This document shows, piece by piece, positions 1 through 8,200 of a stretch of 24,986 nucleotides of DNA (its first letter is position 1; each line of letters opens with the position of its first letter). The notes beneath the pieces were generated by a model. It was not told the DNA's origin. It did not search any database and worked only from the letters and a program-made list of their open reading frames with translations. This DNA comes from a virus (Duplodnaviria > Caudoviricetes). Made by a program: the position numbers and the translations under genes. The stretch is from IMG/VR virus record IMGVR_UViG_3300020470_000195, positions 1-24,986 of that record. One strand, 5' to 3'.

Positions 1-278
1 GTAACAACTCCAAGTGCTAAAGTAGAGGCACTATCTGCTTGTGCTTTTACCCAAGATGATCCATTATGACGAATACAATCTTTTGCTGAAAATCCATGAC
101 TAGATTGGGTTACATCTGTAGTTGAGCCTCCTGCTCCACCACCCCCAATCTCTTTTACAGTACCCCCGTCATTGATATATAACTTCTTTGCAGAAGTATC
201 AATAGCAATCTCTCCAGATGCAATGTCATCTGTACCTGGAGTGTTAGTACCTCTTTTAGGTTTAATTACTACGGCCAT
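1..278 (-). CDS. Tail fibre-associated protein with Mtd_N-like N-terminus (3'-truncated by window edge; not in supplied ORF track)
   Basis: Hand translation from ATG at 278: MAVVIKPKRGTNTPGTDDIASGEIAIDTSAKKLYINDGGTVKEIGGGGAGGSTTDVTQSSHGFSAKDCIRHNGSSWVKAQADSASTLALGVV..., open to position 1. AGGA lies upstream of the ATG. I-x-x-KRG...GE-x-A-x-DT...KLY resembles the major-tropism-determinant N-terminal domain. Confidence 0.8.
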   Translation of the reverse strand, partial: MAVVIKPKRGTNTPGTDDIASGEIAIDTSAKKLYINDGGTVKEIGGGGAGGSTTDVTQSSHGFSAKDCIRHNGSSWVKAQADSASTLALGVV

Positions 279-290
279 AGTATTATCCTA

Positions 291-1397
291 TTATGAGTAA
301 GTTCCGCCGTCTACTAAATTTGTCCATGCAGGCGTTCCACTGTTGCTATATAAAAAATACCCGTCTGTTCCTGCTGCAGTAACTGATAAAGCGCCAGTTC
401 CGTTACCATAAATAATTCCATTATCAGTAAAAGAACTTGCTCCGGTACCTCCATCTGCTACTGTAAGATCGGTGATTCCTGTAATTGATCCGCCTGTTAT
501 AGTGGCATTAGCAGTTTCTATATCTGCCACAAGTGTTGCTACTGCATATCCAGTTCCACTTGTATTTACAGTAGTAGTGGGCTCTGCTTGTAAATTTTTA
601 AATAATTTCCATTTCTGATCACCCGCATCTCTAAATAGTCCTGTGTATTCATCTTGAGATCCGGAATCATCATATAATCCATAAAAACCAATATCTACCG
701 CATCACTAGAATTATTGCCGGTAGCAAGTGATAACATTGAGTCTGCAACATTTACAGTAGTGGAAGAAACAGTAGTAGTTGTTCCCGATACTGTAAGATT
801 ACCAGAAATTGTTACATTAGTTGGAAGTCCAATATTAATTTTATTATTTGATACTGTAGTTTCAATTTCATTCGCAGTACCTTCAAAAGTAAGAGTATCT
901 GTTCCTACAGTAACAGTATCATTTGAGCCGCTATCGGCAGCTATTGTTAAAGTACTACTTTGAGCTATCCAACTAAGAACTCCAGAACCATTGGTTGATA
1001 GTACATACCCATTAGTAAGATCCCCAGGAAGAGTATAAGTTAAGTCATTAGCAACTGCTGCAGGGGCTTTTAATGATACATAATTTGAGCCGCCTGAAGT
1101 TCCTTCGTAAAGCTTTAATTCACCTTCATCTTTTAATCTAATTTCATCAAGATAAGAGTTAGCATCTGCAATTAAAGCACTACTTGCTGTTAGGTTACCG
1201 GGGGTATGATCCAACATATCCGTGAAATGCTTGCCACCAATAATTTCGGGAGTATTTCCCCCACCACTAACATTTCCTATTGCAAGGCGCTTTCCATAAG
1301 TTCCATTATCCCCATAGGCATAAAATAGTTCTCCCTGAGCAACACTCGAAGGCTTACCAGTTCCTGTGGTTCTTTTAATTTTGATTGTTTGAGCCAT
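291..1397 (-). CDS. Tail fibre protein (368 aa)
   Basis: Gly/Thr/Ser-rich. N-terminal IKIKRT...P...QGEL motif; fibre-like segments (YVSLKAP...YTLP...GYVLSTNGSGVLSW; ISGNLTVSGTTTTV; VADGGTGA). C-terminus VDGGTYS. GGAG RBS upstream. Lies downstream of the collar gene. Confidence 0.8.
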   Translation of the reverse strand: MAQTIKIKRTTGTGKPSSVAQGELFYAYGDNGTYGKRLAIGNVSGGGNTPEIIGGKHFTDMLDHTPGNLTASSALIADANSYLDEIRLKDEGELKLYEGTSGGSNYVSLKAPAAVANDLTYTLPGDLTNGYVLSTNGSGVLSWIAQSSTLTIAADSGSNDTVTVGTDTLTFEGTANEIETTVSNNKINIGLPTNVTISGNLTVSGTTTTVSSTTVNVADSMLSLATGNNSSDAVDIGFYGLYDDSGSQDEYTGLFRDAGDQKWKLFKNLQAEPTTTVNTSGTGYAVATLVADIETANATITGGSITGITDLTVADGGTGASSFTDNGIIYGNGTGALSVTAAGTDGYFLYSNSGTPAWTNLVDGGTYS

Positions 1398-1418
1398 TTA
1401 TAAAACTCCGAATTATCC

Positions 1419-1832
1419 CTAATAGGATCCTGCGTCTACTGTATCAGAGTCGCCTGCAGCTGCGCCCACCATTATGGGAACCCACTGAAAAGTACCTGAA
1501 CTTGTCTCGCGATAGACTTTAAATTGTTCATCATCGGTATCATACCATGTATCTCCTTCCTGTATATTAGAACCAGTTGGAGCGGATGCACCACGAAAAT
1601 CTTGATCTGCTAATTGCTCTAAAGCTGCTTGAACATTGGTAGCAGTTATTGTTTTATAGGGAGTGACAACAGAATTAGCTGCTTGCTGATACTGAAACCC
1701 TACAGCAAAGTTATTTACACTAACACTAGTTGTAGTATCAGCTAACGTAACTCCAATACTATTATTGTTTGTTACTGATACTGAGGTTACTTCTTCTGTA
1801 ACTTCTACTTTTGTACCTACCGAATCTGGCAT
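1419..1832 (-). CDS. Small virion protein, probable fibre adaptor/anchor (137 aa)
   Basis: TAATG overlap with the collar gene. Contains ATNVQAALEQL and APT...EGDTWYDTD...VY...W motifs common in phage fibre proteins. Ends VDAGSY. Confidence 0.65.
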   Translation of the reverse strand: MPDSVGTKVEVTEEVTSVSVTNNNSIGVTLADTTTSVSVNNFAVGFQYQQAANSVVTPYKTITATNVQAALEQLADQDFRGASAPTGSNIQEGDTWYDTDDEQFKVYRETSSGTFQWVPIMVGAAAGDSDTVDAGSY

Positions 1833-2170
1833 TACCTAGTTACCTCTGGATTGATAGTAACACTACCTTCAATTAGTCTTTTTACAGTTGCATCACCAGA
1901 TGTATGAATTTCTAAATCATATACATATCGACCGGCTGCTATGCCTGCAGTAGTGGAGGAAGACATCTCCATTTTCATTGTTCCGGCAGAAGCATTAACT
2001 ACACTCACAGTAAAACTTGCCGTCACGCTCGAGGCTGCATGAGTTGAACGCATCTGGGCTCGGCCTGAGTAGCCGGTAAGATTCTTAGCTGATCCTGACT
2101 CTGTAATTGTTAAGTCAATAGCAAAGTCGGAGCCTTGATCGATCACTAAGTCATATGTTGCTGCAGTCAT
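1832..2170 (-). CDS. Collar protein for lateral fibre attachment (T5 p132-like / BppU N-terminal-like Ig fold)
   Basis: YDLVIDQGSDF...NLTGYSGRAQMR...GRYVYDLEI...RLIEGSVTINPEVTR pattern. Position between central fibre and lateral fibre genes matches T5. GGAG RBS at 2178-2181. Confidence 0.8.
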   Translation of the reverse strand: MTAATYDLVIDQGSDFAIDLTITESGSAKNLTGYSGRAQMRSTHAASSVTASFTVSVVNASAGTMKMEMSSSTTAGIAAGRYVYDLEIHTSGDATVKRLIEGSVTINPEVTR

Positions 2171-2182
2171 GTATATTCTCCA

Positions 2183-2230
2183 TTCTAGAATTATATCTCA
2201 AAGGACATATTTAGTCAAGTTTTATTTTTG
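2183..2230 (-). promoter_or_regulatory. Sigma70-type promoter driving the collar/fibre genes
   Basis: Minus strand AAAAATAAAAC-TTGACT(2218-2213)-17 nt-TATAAT(2195-2190), intergenic, with an A-rich UP-like tract. Confidence 0.85.
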
Positions 2231-2239
2231 AGGTGGTTA

Positions 2240-5200
2240 CTATGAACCTAGATAACCAATTTTTACTCGATCTTTATACGTGCTATTGACAGAATCCCAC
2301 TCTTTTACTTCTATTTTTGCGGTACCTTTGTCCCCTGTCATAAAAATTCCTGCGGCTCGGGGTTGAGTGCCTGCATTTTGTGCCGGTTCGCTACTAACTA
2401 TTGTTAATTTTTGTGCTGAGACTCCACCATCAATAATAACGTCTCCACCAAAGAAAGCAGTAGCTTCTTGCCAAACATTACCTGACGCATTCTGAGTATT
2501 ATAGTGATTAACACTAGTAGTAGTTAGTATACATCTATATGCTTTAGTAACATTAACACTATTAACTACTATGGCATGGTCTCCAAGAATAGCGTATCCC
2601 CTACCTGTTGCGGAAGCTAATAATCCGGTTGTAATAGATTGTTCGTTAATAGTAGAATCAGTTCCAGTAGAGATACGAAACATTCCAGGACCTGGAGTTC
2701 CTGCAGCTCCTTGTGCTGTACTATCTTGTCCATCTACTCTCCAAGAGTATATTACAGCGGTTGACCACCCTGAATCTTGAGGTGCAGCCGCATCAGACGT
2801 ATAACGCCGTTGTGAAATCCAAATTTTGTCGCCATCAGCCTGTAATCCTGGGTTAGTTGTTACCCAGTTACTACCACTTGCTACTCCATTAACAGGGTCT
2901 GCATAAGTCTGATTACTATTAGTAGGAACTTGACCGTCTATATTATTCCCTGAAGTAGTTCTCTGGTAAACATATTGTACATAGGACTTTTGTCCAGCAG
3001 CACCGTCTACTGCATCATATTGTACGGCAGTTTCCCAAACCCAATAAGTAGTGGAGCCCTGTGCTGATGTATGTGCGGCTCTTCTACCAAAAGATGCGTA
3101 TAATTGATTACTTCCAGCAGGTACTGTGACGGACCAGGAGCTGGGTTGATTATTATTAGCAGTGTTGGCAGCAGCTACTGCAGCTGCTACTGTAATTTGA
3201 TCATCGGGTGGTTCTGTAGGAGTACTAGTGGCTCTCATATAAATTATTGCTGTGGACTCTCCGGTCTGTCCAGCAGCAGCTACTGCCATACTTCCTCCAA
3301 GCTGGAAGCCATCAACGGCATTATAACGAAAATAGTTTGTTCCGTCCCCGATATCAATGACAGGATAGTAGCCACTATTACCACTAGACCCCGATTTTTG
3401 TACGTGTCCGATAAAGATACCATCATCTGTATCTGGAGAGGCTACAAAACTACCTGGGGCTGATTTATTTGGTGTATGAATTTGTCCCGAAACCTGATTT
3501 CCACTACCATCTGTTGTACCAATCTTAATACTACTTTGAACTTCTAGTCCTCTAGTGACTGTAGTATTTGCAATTAAAGCGTCTGCGGATAAAGTTTCAC
3601 TAACAATTACACTTCCGCTAAATTCTTGAGTTACAAGAGTACTCCAATTAGTAGCAGTTATAGAACTCATTCCATTATCTGTAGTACCCGCCGCGTAAGC
3701 CACCGCATTTCCTGTATAAATTCTAGTAGCTGATTCTGATCCTGATTTTAATACGGTGACAATATCATTTGGACGAATAAATCCATCAGGGGAAGCTGCT
3801 GCAATATGAGCGGCTATCTTTTTAGCAGTCGCTACATTCGGAGTAGTTCTTGGGCCAGAATTATCCGTTGCTGCCCAGTGATCATACTCTGTAGTTCCTA
3901 AGTCAACAGGAGTATTGGTATCTCCAACATCAATAATATGGGTCGCTCCAGCACGGATAGGGTCTGGAATTTTTGTAAAATTAAGAGTTTGGAACTTGAT
4001 TCTAGCATCGTCACCGGTTCTATTTGCTTTTAGCTGCTTATTATCTAGTATTCTCAGTAGAACACTTGCATAAAAAGGAGTTGTAGTACCACTAATAATA
4101 CCATTAGTATCTGCTTGTAAAGTGATCTTACCATTGCTAGTATCTAATACCGGAGAGCAGTTTGTTCCAGTAATACCATCGGTTTGAATGGCACTACCAC
4201 TAGGATCCTGATCTGTGGTCTCATTATTAGTGTCTCCATAACTGAAAGTGTTATCTGCCACATTAGAGGTGAATGGAGCATATGTTAATGCTTGGCTTCC
4301 CTCTGTAGTAACCCTATATATTGTGGGGGTGCAACCACCGAAATCAGTTGCATCAGCAGTACCATCGTTATTTGCATAGAATGTATGAGTTGCATTGTTA
4401 AAATCTAATTCATATCCGGGCTTACCGATGTCTATAGCACTTAAAGATATTTTATCCTTGGCTATTTCTTCAGCATTTGCAGGTACTCCATTAGTGTTAT
4501 CTAATTCGAATACATTTACATATAAAGTTACCGAAGCCCCATTTAAGTTACCTATAGTACTATTGTCAGCGGGGGATTTAGGTTCATAATCAAGGTGTAA
4601 CGTAAAATCATCATATGCTTGACTATTAGAACTACTACTAGAATCCCAATGATTAACTCCTTTATATTGATTAGAAGTATTACTAGCACTAGCTGTAGCA
4701 TTATTACTAAGAATATAGTCTTTAGTGGCTGCATTACCATCTTTATTAATACTTATCCAATATTGGTATTGCCAGACTTTATTACTTGCCAAATTACTAG
4801 GAGTAACTCTAAAAGTTAGGTTTCCACTAGGATTAGTTCTTACAGTATTATTATAAAAAACTACCACTCCATTGGTAGAAACTATAGATACTTCCCCTAC
4901 TTCTCTTCTCTTTGTTACTGTACCTGATATACCATTTCCCGATACTGGGTGCCAAGGGCTAGCAACTGTTCTAACACTTGTACCATTGGGCCCTTGTACA
5001 TTTACCTCTTTTACGTGCCGTATCCAGTGATATCTTGGTTGATCTCCAGAGCCCATAGGAGTATATTCGAACTTAGTTATTCCTCCAGATTTGCTAGAGT
5101 TCTTTATTCCATCTAGCCAACCTCTTTTACCTTCCTCATCTATTTGTGTGGCTCCTCCTGTCCAAGGAGTTATATTTGAAACAGGTGCTATGGATGAAGT

Positions 5201-8200
5201 ACCGGAAAAAGATCCTACATAATTATTCCAGATCTCCGTATTAAAATTTGTATTCCATGTTGTTCCATCTTTCTTAAAACAATCAGAATGATTAGTCCAT
5301 GAAAGAATAAACTTTTCATTATCAGCATCAACAGAAACTGCTAAATTAGTCGGTGCCCCTGGGGCTTGTAATACAGGATTAGCAGGACCCTCAATACCTA
5401 CAATATCTGATTTTCGTTTTTTGATTAAAAAGGATTCATCATTATGCTCGATTGCAGTTACTTGAACAGCACAATCTTCACGCATGTTTAAATTAGAAAT
5501 TCTGTAATATTCTCCTTTTTTATATACTTTTCCTAGAGTAATATTACTTGCTGGTGCGACAGTGGCAACATCTGCTTGATTAGTTTTAAAAGAGGTACTA
5601 TTAACCACTTCAGAAACTGTAAAATATGAATTATTAAAAGCTGTAGCACCCACACTCCCATGCCCTTGAGGAATACTAATATCTTCATACCTAACTACAT
5701 CCCCTACCTTAAAACCATGAGGGGTAGAAGTAGTAGTTTTACCTTGTGTGCTAAATTCAACAACTGGAATATCATCACTCCCCCATCCAAATCTAGGGTA
5801 GGAGACTTGTATGATAGTTCCTGCAAGAAGAAGATTGCCTTTTGGCTCCATTATAAAATTTATCTTCTTCCCATATCTACTCTGATCTAAATATTGTTTG
5901 GCATTAATTCGAGCATTAAAGTAGTTCAGAATATGCGGAGTTTTTATATCTTGTTTTTTAGGAATATTTCTATCTTCTGCTAAATAATTAGAATTAAAAT
6001 AAGTTACAGCACGATTACCATAATCTTGCTGGGGGTCTGGAAAGTTAACACTAACTGTATTTTTAGAGTTTTTCTGACCATCGTCTTCTACAGTAATTGC
6101 GCCTACAATATCATTTTCTCTTATTATTCGAGTATCATTTGCTCCAAACCCTTCTAGAACCGCAGAGGATTGTATATCCAATTCATACTTTCCATTAGAG
6201 TATCTTAAAATTCCATTAAAATGAGCTAATAAAGTATTTATATTTGCAAAAACAGTAGTATTGGTGTCAATAACGGGGCAAGCTTGGTGTCGTGTTACTT
6301 CTCGTTGGTTTTGTGACTGCCACCCCAGATATCTCCAATATTTAACATCATCTGCGTCATATAGAGAGTAGCCATTAACAGTAAAGCCTGTTCCACTCCA
6401 TGATTTAATAAATGGATTGCCTTCAAAACTAACTGAACCAGTTGAGGCGTTTGCCCCTTGAGAAGCAAAACTTCCTACATAAGGATTTAAAGAAGAAGCT
6501 CCTGAGCCCGAGCCAACTCTATATAAAGTTATAGACTGTCCAAACGCACCATTAGAACTAGGAACTGTAACTGTCTTAAAAGTAGTTTCGGTATTAATCC
6601 AGAATCTTCCCGTAAAAGGCTCCCACAGTAGATCTCCTGGGTTATAACCCTTCCAATCAAACCATTTATGTCCTAATTTTCCAATACAGCTTGTAAAAGT
6701 AACTTCTTTATATGTTCCTCCAGAATATCCAATATTTGAAGAAATCGTTGAAACTGTACCTTGCCATACTGTATTACCAGTATTATCTCCATCATCGTCA
6801 TATCTATAAACGTCTCCTACACTTATGGAAGCGTTTGAAGGAAATATAATAGAAACATCAGAACGAGTGTCACAAAGTCTTGCAACTGTCTTAAAACTAT
6901 CTAAATCAATATCTTTTTCAAGATCCAACCCTTTACCATATCTCTTATTAGTAATATAGTCTAATAATTGCATAGCAGGATTTATTGTAATTCTATTATC
7001 GGGTTTTGTTAAAATATCTATTTTATCCGCAACTCTAGTACCGCCACCGAGACCCGCCGCACTAGTAGGAGCTAGAGTAAAGTCTCCAGAAGCATCAATA
7101 TCCCAATCATGACTAACAATAGCGACTACTGCACTAGAGGAAGAACCATAAGTAATATTCTTACTTTTTACTATTAAACGTTTCTGAATGACCCTGGTTC
7201 CGTCCTCTTTGGTTCGGGTTACCTTCACTATCATACCGAAGTAATAATTCTCGGTTGTATTACCTCCCGGAATAACTATTGCTTTAGGTACTCGCACAGA
7301 AGGGATATCCGTTGTATTCCACCCATTAGCAGGAAGTATATTAGAAATATTATCTATGGTAAGAGTAGAAGAATTTACCTTAGAACCATCAGAATTGGAG
7401 GTAACAAAAAATGAATAGTTTATTTTAGCTCTGGCTTCGTCGGAGGCGGATGAGGCAAAAACAGGAGCAAGTCCATCGGCGTATTCCAATGCTTTTGCAA
7501 CGAATTCCCCTTGGTCTCCAGTTCCGGCATTAAGTACAATTTTTGTACCATTAGCTGTACCCCCGGAATAAGAAGCAACAGTAGCTGTTAAATTCTTTAC
7601 TATACTAGCAGCGGTTATACTCTTATGTTCATGTGTATTAAAATACCAACGTTTGCCTGTGGAACCCTTCATATAAAAGCTAGTAGTAGTTCCTAGCCCA
7701 GGATCAGAGGCAAATCTCCAAATTTGATGTTTTCCTGTATCTGTACTTACAGGAGGATCCCCTGTTGTACTACCATCTGAATCTTCATCATAATAAGTAT
7801 GGAAATCAGCAATCGTAATAGCTGAACCAATTTGTGCGTCTCCACTAGTTTTATGTAATGTAACGGATTCCCCTAACTGAAAATCAGTAGGATTATTATG
7901 TGCAGGGTCTGCTGTAGGGGGAAAAGGATCCTCCCTATAAGACCAATCATAGTTATGACAAGGAAGAATACGACCTCGAACTACAAAGTCTAATTCAGGA
8001 ATTTGTAAATCTTCCTCTGTAATCTCAAAGTGACAAACTACATAAGCTGTATCTAGTAATCTATGGTTTGGTCCCCAGTAGTTTGATTTATCATCAGAAT
8101 CGAAATACTGATCTTGAACTAAAAATTCTCCTGCTGCTGCTTTATGAACTAAAGTTTGATCGGCCTCTTGATCTGGTTTTCCTCTGTGGAAGATTAACTT

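Noticed and set aside
1-1397. Diversity-generating retroelement suggested by Mtd_N-like domains
   Set aside because: No reverse transcriptase, and no template/variable repeat pair seen in this window.
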